A DNA stretch of 64,000 bases from Actinomycetota bacterium (GTDB taxonomy: Bacteria > Actinomycetota > Actinomycetes > Actinomycetales > Microbacteriaceae). Made by a program: the position numbers and the translations under genes. The number at the start of each line of letters is the position of its first letter. Positions within the stretch are counted from its first letter, which is position 1. The stretch lies in the NCBI GenBank assembly GCA_039795455.1, contig JBDKLV010000056.1, forward strand, positions 355 through 64,354. The letters are read 5' to 3'. Shown here piece after piece: positions 18,627-28,167 of this stretch. The notes below the pieces were generated by a model, which was not told where the DNA came from, made no database searches, and was given only the letters and a program-made list of their open reading frames with translations.

Positions 18627-19351
18627 TAGCCGGCGACCGAAGCCTTCTGAATTTCGGTGAGCTTGGCCGTACCCTCAAGTGCAATGTCGAGCAGTCGATT
18701 GAGTTCATCGCGGTCAAACGGAGCACCTTCGGCGGTGCCCTGCACCTCGACGAATGCTCCTCGGCCAGTAACCACTACGTTCATGTCGGTCTCGGCACGC
18801 ACATCCTCGGTGTATTGAAGATCAAGCATAGGAACGCCATCGATGATGCCGACCGATACTGCTGCTACCGAATCACTTAGTGGCTGAGCCTTGGCTGGGA
18901 TCAACTTCTTTTCGCGTGCCCACTCGATGGCATCGTGCAACGCGACGTAGGCGCCGGTGATTGCCGCAGTGCGAGTGCCGCCATCGGCCTGCAAAACGTC
19001 GCAGTCAATCACGATGGTGTTTTCGCCGAGCTCTTTGATGTCGACAATGGCGCGAAGAGAGCGACCGATGAGTCGCGAAATCTCGTGCGTGCGGCCACCG
19101 ACCTTGCCCTTGATCGATTCGCGGTCGCTGCGGTCGTGAGTTGCGCGCGGCAACATTGCGTACTCGGCAGTGACCCAACCCTCACCCGAGCCGACCTTCC
19201 AGCGAGGCACGCCAGATGTGAACGATGCGGTGCAGAGCACTCGAGTTGAACCGAAACTAATCAGTGCCGAGCCCTCGGCGTGCTCGCTCCAACCACGTTC
19301 GATTGTGATCTTGCGAAGTTCGTTTGCTGCGCGGCCGTCGACACGGGTCAT
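18626..19351 (-). CDS. rph: Ribonuclease PH
   Basis: [44 protein letters not shown] motifs. Confidence 0.97.
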   Translation of the reverse strand: MTRVDGRAANELRKITIERGWSEHAEGSALISFGSTRVLCTASFTSGVPRWKVGSGEGWVTAEYAMLPRATHDRSDRESIKGKVGGRTHEISRLIGRSLRAIVDIKELGENTIVIDCDVLQADGGTRTAAITGAYVALHDAIEWAREKKLIPAKAQPLSDSVAAVSVGIIDGVPMLDLQYTEDVRAETDMNVVVTGRGAFVEVQGTAEGAPFDRDELNRLLDIALEGTAKLTEIQKASVAG

Positions 19352-20154
19352 CGGTTTACCTTCTCTACGTTGACAACTTCTGGGCCGAGAAACCTTCGGG
19401 CCAAAACTTCGAAACTCTTGGCATCTCCAGTTGCCTGAAAACGCAATGACGGCGCATCGCCTGCGACACGTAACAGGTCGTGCGCCACCAGGGTGCGGTA
19501 GACATCCTTGGCAGTCTCTTCGGCGCTCGACACCAAAGTGACGTCTTCACCCATGACATAACCGAGGGCACCGGTGAGCAGCGGGTAATGCGTGCAGCCC
19601 AGCACCAAGGTGTCGACGCCAGCATCCTTGATTGGTCGCAAATATTGCTCGGCGATCTGCAAGAGCTCGCGACCCGAGGTCACACCACGCTCCACGTATT
19701 CGACAAAGGCAGGGCAAGCAACGCTGGTGATCTGCAGGTCGACGGCGGCGGCAAATGCGTCGTCGTATGAACGTGAAGTGATGGTCGCGTTAGTTCCAAT
19801 CACACCAACACGCCGGTTGCGCGTTGCCGCTACGGCGCGACGAACGGCTGGCTGGATTACCTCGAGCACTGGTATGCCTCGGCCTTCGGTGTATCGCTCG
19901 CGTGCATCGCGAAGCACGGCAGCCGATGCGGTATTGCAGGCGATTACCAAAAGTTTGACGCCTTCGTCGACCAGGCGATCCATTACCGAAAGCGCGAGTT
20001 CGCGAACCTCAGGGATGCTCTTGGTGCCGTAAGGCGAATTGGCGGTGTCGCCCAAATAGACGATCGATTCGTTTGGCAGTTGGTCAATGATCGCTCTGGC
20101 GACGGTAAGACCGCCGACTCCTGAGTCGAAGATGCCAATCGGTGCGTCGTTCAC
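19348..20154 (-). CDS. murI: Glutamate racemase
   Basis: [23 protein letters not shown] motifs. Confidence 0.97.
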   Translation of the reverse strand: MNDAPIGIFDSGVGGLTVARAIIDQLPNESIVYLGDTANSPYGTKSIPEVRELALSVMDRLVDEGVKLLVIACNTASAAVLRDARERYTEGRGIPVLEVIQPAVRRAVAATRNRRVGVIGTNATITSRSYDDAFAAAVDLQITSVACPAFVEYVERGVTSGRELLQIAEQYLRPIKDAGVDTLVLGCTHYPLLTGALGYVMGEDVTLVSSAEETAKDVYRTLVAHDLLRVAGDAPSLRFQATGDAKSFEVLARRFLGPEVVNVEKVNR

Positions 20155-20178
20155 GGAGTCAGTTTATCCGCAGGCCGT

Positions 20179-20445
20179 TTACTGCTCGGGTTCGTCTCCG
20201 CGTGGCAGTTCGTCGTGAATCGCCTTGCACTCAGGGCAAACCGGAAACTTCTGCGGGTCGCGAGACGGCACCCACACCTTGCCACAAAGGGCAATCACCG
20301 GAGTGCCAAGAACGGCAGATTCGACGATCTTCTCTTTGCGCACATAGTGCGAGTAACGCTCGTGGTCGCCTGGCTCAAGATTCTGAACGCGCTCTTCAAT
20401 AAGCACGCCACCGTCGATGGCTGGCTGCTGATCTAGCTCGTTCAT
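20179..20445 (-). CDS. DUF3039 family small putative zinc-binding protein
   Basis: GDHERYSHYV...ALCGKVWVP...VCPECK. Confidence 0.85.
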   Translation of the reverse strand: MNELDQQPAIDGGVLIEERVQNLEPGDHERYSHYVRKEKIVESAVLGTPVIALCGKVWVPSRDPQKFPVCPECKAIHDELPRGDEPEQ

Positions 20446-20455
20446 GTTTCTGACC

Positions 20456-21694
20456 TTAGTTCTTTAGGTTCGCTGCATCGCCAAGGGTAACCGACAGGGT
20501 TTGCTCGGTTCCACCGCGATTCACAGTGATGCTTACCTTGGCGCCGGCTGGCTGCTGACGAACTGCGGCTAGCAATTCGGCAGACGAGCTAATGGTGCGA
20601 TCGTTGAATCTGACAATGATGTCTTTGGCCTTGATACCACCCTTGTCGGCTGCCGATCCGGCGGTTACCGACTGCACCAATGCACCAACTGTGAACGAAG
20701 CACTGTTGTTGGAGTTGGTCGAGTCAGAGACCATCGCTCCAAGCAAACCGTGACTTGCCTTGCCGGTCTTCATGATTTCTTGGGCAATGCGAAGTGCGGT
20801 GTTTGCAGGAATTGCAAAACCAACACCGATGCTGCCCGACTGTCCGCCAAGCACGTTGCTACCCGCCGACGCAATTGCACAGTTGACACCAATGAGTTCG
20901 CCCTGTTGATTGATTAGCGCACCACCTGAGTTGCCTGGGTTGATTGCGGCATCGGTCTGAATCACATCGAGGTTCACGACATTGCCCGCGCTGGTCTGCT
21001 GACCATTGAGCAACTGAAGTCCACCCTGGCCAGACTGACTGGTCACGGCGGAAGACTGAACCTGGATAGTTCGATTCAGCGCCGAGATGATGCCCTGAGT
21101 GACGGTGTTCTCAAGACCAAGTGGTGCTCCGATTGCAACCACCGAGTCACCGACGTTTAGCTTGTCGCTGTCGGCGAACTTGATCGGAGTAAAAGTCGTT
21201 TTCGCATCAATCTTGATCACGGCAAGGTCGTTGGTCGGGTCGCTGCCGACTAACTTTGCTTGAAAGATTTTGCCGTCGTAGGTCTTTACTTCGATGGCAC
21301 CCGAAGCCGACTGCCCATCGAGAGTGACGACGTGATTATTTGTAAGGATGTAGCCATCCTCGGTGAGAAATTCGCCTGAACCATTTCCGCCGCTAGATCC
21401 GCTCGACACCGAGATGGTTACAACCGAAGGTTCGGCAACCGCCACCGCACCGCTCACCCAGGTGACGCTGCTCGCATTGTTGACCACGACTGGGCTTGGG
21501 GTCTTGATGTAGTCGTAAGCAAGAATCGCGACCCCGGCACTTACGCCAGAGCAAACCACTGCAGCCAACGTGACGCCGGCGGTGGTGCTGAGCAGGCCAC
21601 GCTTAGCGAGCAGACGCTGCTTCAGCGTGCGCTTAGCTGGCTCTGGGTTCGAGACGTTAGTTACATAAAGGAACTGTTGGTTCTGGTCGTTCAC
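20456..21694 (-). CDS. HtrA/PepD-like membrane-anchored serine protease with PDZ domain
   Basis: TM anchor, TNNHVV, DLAVIK, TDAAINPGNSGG, C-terminal PDZ. GTG start at 21694 has a GAGGG RBS. Confidence 0.92.
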   Translation of the reverse strand: MNDQNQQFLYVTNVSNPEPAKRTLKQRLLAKRGLLSTTAGVTLAAVVCSGVSAGVAILAYDYIKTPSPVVVNNASSVTWVSGAVAVAEPSVVTISVSSGSSGGNGSGEFLTEDGYILTNNHVVTLDGQSASGAIEVKTYDGKIFQAKLVGSDPTNDLAVIKIDAKTTFTPIKFADSDKLNVGDSVVAIGAPLGLENTVTQGIISALNRTIQVQSSAVTSQSGQGGLQLLNGQQTSAGNVVNLDVIQTDAAINPGNSGGALINQQGELIGVNCAIASAGSNVLGGQSGSIGVGFAIPANTALRIAQEIMKTGKASHGLLGAMVSDSTNSNNSASFTVGALVQSVTAGSAADKGGIKAKDIIVRFNDRTISSSAELLAAVRQQPAGAKVSITVNRGGTEQTLSVTLGDAANLKN

Positions 21695-21775
21695 TTTTAT
21701 CCCTCTCAAGCTTGGATTGCGCGAAAAGAATCGCAACCAAACCTGAATAGTTTATGAAAGCAAACTGACAACCGG

Positions 21776-22564
21776 CTAACAGCGATAAGCGCTCGGATGT
21801 TCTGCGCAGGTTGCCGCAACCAAATGCGGCACCGCTTTAGGTAAAGGTGCTGGCACGTTGGCCGTGAACGAGGTGCTGGCCACGCCAGCGATCAGGCCGA
21901 CAGCGGTAAATGGGCTCACCAAGTCGAGCCGGTAAGACACCGCAAAGTCGACCTCGAGCGTGACTCGATGCAGTCCGGAGCTTGATACCGCGGCTGCCGC
22001 AAACGGTTGACTGGCGAAGTTCGTGCCGTCGAGCATCCAGCGGAAATTGGTGGGAACGAATTTGACCTGGGCTGGGCCACCGAGAAGTGTGGCATCGCGA
22101 AGTTGCGTGGCAACGTTCGTCGAGAGCAATGCGCTCTGCCCCACCGTGTAACTCAATTGATCGCTAAAGATCTGAAATGCGCTCGGGCTAAAGGCCGCGG
22201 AGTCGGTAGCCAGGCTAATCGTTGCCGTCGCGGGCTTTGTCGTGACTTTCGTAACGGTCGCATTGTTTGCGATCACGGTGGTTGCCTTAAGGCAGTTATT
22301 AGCTAGCGCCGATGCGAGCGATAGCTGGCTGAGCACCGAAACGGTGCAGGTCGGTACAACAACGACGGCCTTGCTTGGCGTGCGCACGCTGGTGACGGTC
22401 TTAGTGCTCGACGAGGGGGTTATCGAGGTATTACCGGCACTGATACACAGGGTCACTGCACTCGACGACAGGGTTGCCGTCGATGTGCATGCGGCCTGAG
22501 CGGCGTTTGCAAATGGGATTTGCAGCACCAGAACCAAGGCCGTCACCAGCGAAAACTTGCGCAC
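21776..22564 (-). CDS. Secreted Thr/Ser-rich hypothetical protein, possibly PKD-like C-terminal domain
   Basis: Sec signal ending AQA, paired cysteines, beta-rich C-terminus; TAGATT -10 lies 6 nt upstream. Confidence 0.65.
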   Translation of the reverse strand: MRKFSLVTALVLVLQIPFANAAQAACTSTATLSSSAVTLCISAGNTSITPSSSTKTVTSVRTPSKAVVVVPTCTVSVLSQLSLASALANNCLKATTVIANNATVTKVTTKPATATISLATDSAAFSPSAFQIFSDQLSYTVGQSALLSTNVATQLRDATLLGGPAQVKFVPTNFRWMLDGTNFASQPFAAAAVSSSGLHRVTLEVDFAVSYRLDLVSPFTAVGLIAGVASTSFTANVPAPLPKAVPHLVAATCAEHPSAYRC

Positions 22565-22617
22565 GAGAAGAATCTAGAAAGTCTCGAATCGGCATGCCGA
22601 AGTTTTCCACATATGCG

Positions 22618-22647
22618 AAAAACCCAGTCGGAGCTGACTGGGTTTTC
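22618..22647 (-). terminator. Intrinsic terminator after tRNA-fMet
   Basis: Minus strand aaaacccagtc-agctcc-gactgggttttt. Confidence 0.8.
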
Positions 22648-22649
22648 AT

Positions 22650-22726
22650 TGGTTGCGGGGGCAGGATTTGAACCTACGACCTCCGGGTTATGAGCCCGGC
22701 GAGCTACCGAACTGCTCCACCCCGCG
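22650..22726 (-). tRNA. Initiator tRNA-fMet (CAT), CCA encoded
   Basis: CGCGGGGTGGAGCAGTTCGGTAGCTCGCCGGGCTCATAACCCGGAGG...CCCGCAACCA, with C1:A72 mismatch and three G-C pairs in the anticodon stem. Confidence 0.96.
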
Positions 22727-22773
22727 GCGAAGTTTTGAGTGTAGCACGCAAAGGGGCAACGCTCAATGGCGAC

Positions 22774-25620
22774 CTACTTGGTCAGCTTGAGCATTGCCTC
22801 GATTGCAGCCTTCAGTCGTGCATCGGCCTTGCCGTATGCAGTCCAGTCACCAGACGCCAAAGCCGCAGCCTTGTCTTTCATTGCCTGACTTGCGATTGCC
22901 AGTTGTGCCTTGAGTTGCGCCGAAACTGTGCCGGTGGTCGCACCGCCATCACTGCCAGGCGTTGGCGTTGGAGTAACAACTGCTCCACCGAACAACGTGT
23001 CGAGCGCGGCATTCAAAGTGTCTTCAAACGCGATGCGATCACCGAACGCGACCAAGACTTTCTTTAGCAACGGATAACTGGTCTCGCCCGTCGACTTGAC
23101 GTAGACCGGCTGCACATAGAGCAGACCGCCGCCAACCGGCAGTGTCAACAGGTTTCCGTAAAGTACCGAGGTTGAGCCGGCACGCAAAATGTTGAGCAAC
23201 TTGGAGACATCGCTGTCTGAGTTGAAGTTGTTTTGCACCATACCCGGGCCGGCGATGTTGAGCGACTTGGGTACCGCGAGCAAGGTGAGCTTGCCGTAGT
23301 TGGCGCTTACCTGGCCTGCGGTCGAACCGGCATCGCTGTTGGCAACCAGGTAGCCGCGCAGAACGTTTCGGCTCTGCTCGGTGGTCGACTGCGGAATGAA
23401 TGTCGTATACAGCGAGAAGTCGGTGGTGCTCGAGTTTGGCAACTTCATGCTCAGGTAGTACGGAGGTTGGGCCGTGCTGCTCGATGCCATGCCGGTCGAG
23501 TTTGCGGTGACATCTGAGGTTGGGTCGTTCGGAGTCATCCATCCGTCTGATTGCGAATAGAAAGTGTTCGCATCGGTGACGTGATATTTACCAAGGATGC
23601 CGCGCTGAATCTTGAACAGATCTGCCGGGTAACGAACGTGACTTAGGAGCGCTGCGCTCATCTGAGAAACAGGCTTGATGGTGTTTGGGTAAATCTTCTG
23701 CCAGGTCTTGAGCACTGGGTCATTCGAATCCCAGGCATAGAGAGTGACCGAACCGTCGTAGGCGTCGACAGTTGCCTTCACCGAGTTGCGAATGTAATTG
23801 ATTTGAGAACCGTTGTAGCTGTGGTCTGAAGTTGAGTCAGAAATCGCGTTGCCGTATTGCTCGGCACTCGCGTACGGGTAGTTCGCGCTGGTGGTGTACC
23901 CATCGACAATCCACTTGATGCGTCCGTCGATGATGGCCGGGTAGGCATCGCTGTCGAGGGTTAGGTAGGGAGCCGCCTTCTTTACGCGCTGCAAAGGGTT
24001 GCGGTCGTAAAGAATCTGCGACTTGTCTGAGATGGCATCGCTGAGCAGAATCTGCTCGCTCTGGAACTTGATGGCATAGGCAATGCGGTTGATCCAACCG
24101 TTTAGCGTCGGGCCACCGTTGCCATTGAAGGTGTACTGGGCAACAGCACCACTGCCAGCACTCGGATAGTCGAGCTCACGTTGCTGCTTTCCTGCGGCTC
24201 CAACGATCGAGTAGTCAGGTGACTCCTCCCCAAAGTAGACGCGCGGTTCAAAGGTGCCGAGGGCGCCCTGGTTAGGAATACCGCTTTGCAAAAACACCGG
24301 CTGACCGTCGCTACTCGACTGGTTTCCGTAGGCGGCGACTACGCCGTATCCGTGGGTGTAAACAATCACGTTGTTATACCAGGACTGGGAAGTGCCAAGA
24401 CCAGACTGGTTTAGCTCGCGAACCGCGATGACAGTGTCTTGAGTCTTGCCATCGATGCTGTAGCGATCGACATCGAGACGAGTGTTAAAGCTGTAGTACT
24501 GCTGAACCTGTTGCAACTGCTTAAACGCATCGGCGACCAGAGTCGGGTCGATGATGCGAATGTTCGCAGTGGTCGATGCGTCGGCGCGAAGCTGAGCAGC
24601 ATCGGCTTCGGTCTTTGCCTGATAGTCGACAGTTTGAATGTTGTCGAGGCCGTATGCCTTGAGAGTGGCATCGATGTTTCGCTTGATGTACTCGGCCTCG
24701 TAGCTGCGTTCGTTAGGTACGACCACGAAGGTCTGCATGCCCCAAGGGAATACGCCTGCGAGCAGAACCGCGGTGACCACGAACAAACCCGTCGAGACCA
24801 GAGCTAGTCGCCACTTGGCGGTGATGGCAACGACTAAGAACAGCACTGCGGTGAGCAGTGCAATGAGAGAAAGAATTTCGAATGCAGGAATTGCTGCGTG
24901 AACATCGGTGTAAGTGGCACCGGTGAACAGGCCACTGTCGCTGGTCATAGTGGCGTACTGGTCGAGCCATAGCGCCACACCCTGAAGGGCCACAAAGATC
25001 GCTGCCCAGATCGAAATCTGCAGACGTGCCGCCTTGGTCAAATTCGCCTTGCGACCAACGAACTTGAATGCGCCAAACAAACCATGGATGCCCGCTGCCG
25101 CCAAGACCGCTACCAAACTCAGTGCGGTCAAGAAGCCGGTCAGTGCGCTATAGAAAGGCAGATCAAACAGGTAGAAGCCAATGTCGAGACCAAACTGGGC
25201 ATCGGTCTGCCCGGTGTAGGTGTGGTTTGCGAATGCCGCTGCCACCTGCCATTTGCTTGCGGCGTACCCGCCGCCGATGAGTGCGGCAAGAATCGGCACG
25301 AACACCTGCCAGAAGTTCTTGGTTCGTTCGAGCAGTTGACGATAGGCCTCTGCTGGCGAAGTTGCCTGGGTCTGCACATAAATAGGTCGGGTGCGAGTAG
25401 CCAGCCAAATGGCGAACCAAGTCACTGCTGCAGCGACAGTCGCACCGATGACGAAGCCAAAAAACTGACCCTTTACCTGTGTGGTGAAGACAGAGGCGAA
25501 GCCAAGCTGGTCATACCAGAGCCAGTCGGTGTAGAACGAACTGAGCCCGATCACGGCAAAAATCAGCGCCGCAATGATGATGACCGAGATGGCAATCGGG
25601 TTCTTTTTAGTGGCAGCCAT
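22774..25620 (-). CDS. UPF0182 family membrane protein
   Basis: N-terminal TM bundle (YTDWLWY, DAQFGLDIGFYLFDLP), YTHGYG, RVYFGE, NYIRNSVKATVDAYDG. Confidence 0.92.
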   Translation of the reverse strand: MAATKKNPIAISVIIIAALIFAVIGLSSFYTDWLWYDQLGFASVFTTQVKGQFFGFVIGATVAAAVTWFAIWLATRTRPIYVQTQATSPAEAYRQLLERTKNFWQVFVPILAALIGGGYAASKWQVAAAFANHTYTGQTDAQFGLDIGFYLFDLPFYSALTGFLTALSLVAVLAAAGIHGLFGAFKFVGRKANLTKAARLQISIWAAIFVALQGVALWLDQYATMTSDSGLFTGATYTDVHAAIPAFEILSLIALLTAVLFLVVAITAKWRLALVSTGLFVVTAVLLAGVFPWGMQTFVVVPNERSYEAEYIKRNIDATLKAYGLDNIQTVDYQAKTEADAAQLRADASTTANIRIIDPTLVADAFKQLQQVQQYYSFNTRLDVDRYSIDGKTQDTVIAVRELNQSGLGTSQSWYNNVIVYTHGYGVVAAYGNQSSSDGQPVFLQSGIPNQGALGTFEPRVYFGEESPDYSIVGAAGKQQRELDYPSAGSGAVAQYTFNGNGGPTLNGWINRIAYAIKFQSEQILLSDAISDKSQILYDRNPLQRVKKAAPYLTLDSDAYPAIIDGRIKWIVDGYTTSANYPYASAEQYGNAISDSTSDHSYNGSQINYIRNSVKATVDAYDGSVTLYAWDSNDPVLKTWQKIYPNTIKPVSQMSAALLSHVRYPADLFKIQRGILGKYHVTDANTFYSQSDGWMTPNDPTSDVTANSTGMASSSTAQPPYYLSMKLPNSSTTDFSLYTTFIPQSTTEQSRNVLRGYLVANSDAGSTAGQVSANYGKLTLLAVPKSLNIAGPGMVQNNFNSDSDVSKLLNILRAGSTSVLYGNLLTLPVGGGLLYVQPVYVKSTGETSYPLLKKVLVAFGDRIAFEDTLNAALDTLFGGAVVTPTPTPGSDGGATTGTVSAQLKAQLAIASQAMKDKAAALASGDWTAYGKADARLKAAIEAMLKLTK

Positions 25621-25662
25621 TTGTTTCCTCTGACTTGTTACTTGGATTAGAAATCGATGGAG

Positions 25663-26742
25663 CTACTTGGTGCAAGTCGCGAACTTGCTCAGGTCTTGGT
25701 GCTTGCCGATTGCATCGACAATCGAGAGGGCCTGATCGAAGGTAGAAATCTTGAAGAGCTGCAGGCCAGCTGGCACATGGCCAACTACCTCGTTGCAGTT
25801 CTCAGCTGGAGCCAAGAAGTACTTGGCTCCGGCGTTCTTAGCACCGAACATCTTTTGCTGAATGCCGCCAATCGGACCAACCTCCCCGGATGCATCAATC
25901 GTGCCGGTGCCAGCAATGTGTTCGCCGCCGGTCAATGCGCCTGGAGTAAGGCGGTCGTAGATACCGAGGGCAAACATGGTTCCGCCCGATGGCCCACCGA
26001 TGTCGCTCAGCTGCAAATTCACTTTGACTGGAAAGTCGTACTTGTAACCAACGAAGATGCCGAGCATAAGTTTTTGAGTTTCGGCGTCGAGGGTCGGCAA
26101 GATCGAATAGTGCAAAGTCTTGCCGGCGCGCGAAACGGTAACGTCAAGTGCCTTGTCACCGTACTTGTTGACGAGCGCACGAAGGCCGTCGATGGTGCCT
26201 GGGGCCTGACCGTTGATCGCTTCGACATAGTCGCCAGCCACCAGCTTTTTAGAACTCGGTGCATTCTTCTTTACTTCGCTCACGTAGACGTGAGTTGGAA
26301 TCTTGTAGCCGAGTTTGGTGAGGGCCACATAGATGGCATCCTGTTGCGACTGCTCCATCATCGCCTGCGACTCGGCATCGTTCTGCTGCACGGTTTGATT
26401 CGCTGGGTAAATTTCGTCGATTGGCACAATCGTTTTTTGCGGATCTAGCCACGCCATAAACAACTCTGGCCAACTCGGTGTGTGTTCGCGGCTTCCGACG
26501 ACACTAACGGTGAGCAGATCGAGCGCACCCTTGGTCGGGTAAGTCTGCGCATCGTCAACACTGATGACTTTTTGGGTTTGGTGCGTGCCCAATACGTTGA
26601 CAACCGGGCCTGGTTGCTCGATTACATATGGCGTTGGCAAAACAATGAGGCCCACGGTGGCGAGTACAAAAATCGCCAAGAACACCAGGCCGGCAACGCG
26701 CTTTTTAGGGCTGTTGCGAGTTGGCTCTGAAAATAGGGTCAT
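25663..26742 (-). CDS. YlbL-like PDZ + Lon-type (S16) protease
   Basis: TM anchor, PGP, PDZ region, IGGPSGG (Ser) and GGIQQK (Lys) dyad. Confidence 0.88.
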   Translation of the reverse strand: MTLFSEPTRNSPKKRVAGLVFLAIFVLATVGLIVLPTPYVIEQPGPVVNVLGTHQTQKVISVDDAQTYPTKGALDLLTVSVVGSREHTPSWPELFMAWLDPQKTIVPIDEIYPANQTVQQNDAESQAMMEQSQQDAIYVALTKLGYKIPTHVYVSEVKKNAPSSKKLVAGDYVEAINGQAPGTIDGLRALVNKYGDKALDVTVSRAGKTLHYSILPTLDAETQKLMLGIFVGYKYDFPVKVNLQLSDIGGPSGGTMFALGIYDRLTPGALTGGEHIAGTGTIDASGEVGPIGGIQQKMFGAKNAGAKYFLAPAENCNEVVGHVPAGLQLFKISTFDQALSIVDAIGKHQDLSKFATCTK

Positions 26743-26790
26743 GGGGGCCTTTCACCTGCCAAGCCTATTAGCGTAGGCACAGGAGCGATT

Positions 26791-28101
26791 ATGAGTGATG
26801 CCAACGACAAACCCGAAAACGGTGACGATTTCGAGGCATTCCTGCGTGATTTTCTAGCCGGTGGTGCGAACGGCGCCGACATGGAGAGATTCGCCGAGGC
26901 CGCTGGCCTACCAAAAGACCCCGCTGCCCTTGCCGCCGCGATGAACCAGATTCGCAGCTTCATCTCGTCGATGCCGAGCGATGGCTCGACCACGTGGAAG
27001 TTGGCCCTCGATCAGGCTCGAGCGATTGCCAGCAAGGATGCCGTCGCCATCACCGATGGACAACGCAGCCAAATGAACTCGAGCGTCAACATCGCGACGC
27101 TTTGGTTGAGCCAGGTAACCGAGATTGCGGCGAGTGGCACCGACCCGAAGTTCTTGACTCGAGAACTTTGGGTTCAAGACGCATTTGGCTTAATCAAGCA
27201 ACTGGCGGCTCCGGTTGCGGAGCGAATGGGTGAGGCACTCACCGAGGCGCTACACGAAAACGCCGGTGGCGAAAACGACAACGCAATCAATCAGGCCGGG
27301 TCGATGGTTCGCTGGCTCGGTCGAAGCATGATTGCGATGCAACTGGGAGCGGCAATTGGCGAACTCTCGCGCGAGGTAATTAGTGCGGGCGACATCGGGC
27401 TCCCTCTGTTCACCGAACAGCGCGCGGCATTTGTTTTGCAGAACCTCGACGCCTTCGCTCGCGAACTCGAAGTCGAGGTTGATCAGGTTTACATCTACCT
27501 TGCGATTCGCGAACTTGCTCACGCGGGTTTGTTCAAGCACGCCCGCTGGTTGCGCGATCACGTGATTCAGCAGGTGCAAACCTATGCCCGCGACATCCAC
27601 ATTGACAACGAGAAGGTTCGCGAACTCGCGAGCGACTTTGACCCCGCACATCCTGAACAGTTGCAAGAAGCAATTCGCGATGGCGAACTACTAGCCGATG
27701 CCAGCGATGAACAACGCGCCGCCCTCGAGTCGATCGAAACCATGCTCGCTCTGATCGAGGGCTGGGTCGATGCAGTAACCGCCAAGGCCACTGCCCTGCT
27801 TCCAAAGGCCGAGGCCATTCACGAGGCAGTTCGACGTCGCCGTGCCGCCGGTGGACCGGCCGAGAAAACCTTTGGCACGCTGATTGGCTTGCAGTTGCGC
27901 CCCCGTCGACTACGCGAGGCCTCCGCCATCTGGACCGCACTGACCGAGCGATACGGCAGCGCTCGCCGCGACGACCTCTGGGGACACCCCGACCTGCTGC
28001 CGACCGCACTCGAACTGAGCAATGCCGATCAGCTATTTGCCCGCCTCGATGACTCGGATGACGAACTCGATCTCGACCTGCGCAAACTTCTCGACGAATA
28101 G
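26791..28101 (+). CDS. Zincin-like putative hydrolase (DUF2342/Rv3195-like)
   Basis: RELAH..LF, LIEGWVD, RRRRAAGGPAE, LRPRRLREA, WGHPDLLPT motifs. Confidence 0.82.
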   Translation: MSDANDKPENGDDFEAFLRDFLAGGANGADMERFAEAAGLPKDPAALAAAMNQIRSFISSMPSDGSTTWKLALDQARAIASKDAVAITDGQRSQMNSSVNIATLWLSQVTEIAASGTDPKFLTRELWVQDAFGLIKQLAAPVAERMGEALTEALHENAGGENDNAINQAGSMVRWLGRSMIAMQLGAAIGELSREVISAGDIGLPLFTEQRAAFVLQNLDAFARELEVEVDQVYIYLAIRELAHAGLFKHARWLRDHVIQQVQTYARDIHIDNEKVRELASDFDPAHPEQLQEAIRDGELLADASDEQRAALESIETMLALIEGWVDAVTAKATALLPKAEAIHEAVRRRRAAGGPAEKTFGTLIGLQLRPRRLREASAIWTALTERYGSARRDDLWGHPDLLPTALELSNADQLFARLDDSDDELDLDLRKLLDE

Positions 28102-28167
28102 ACCAACAAGGATGCACGCCTGTGCAGAATTTCGGCAGGTGTTTTGGTTTCGCAATAGAACTGCTCT

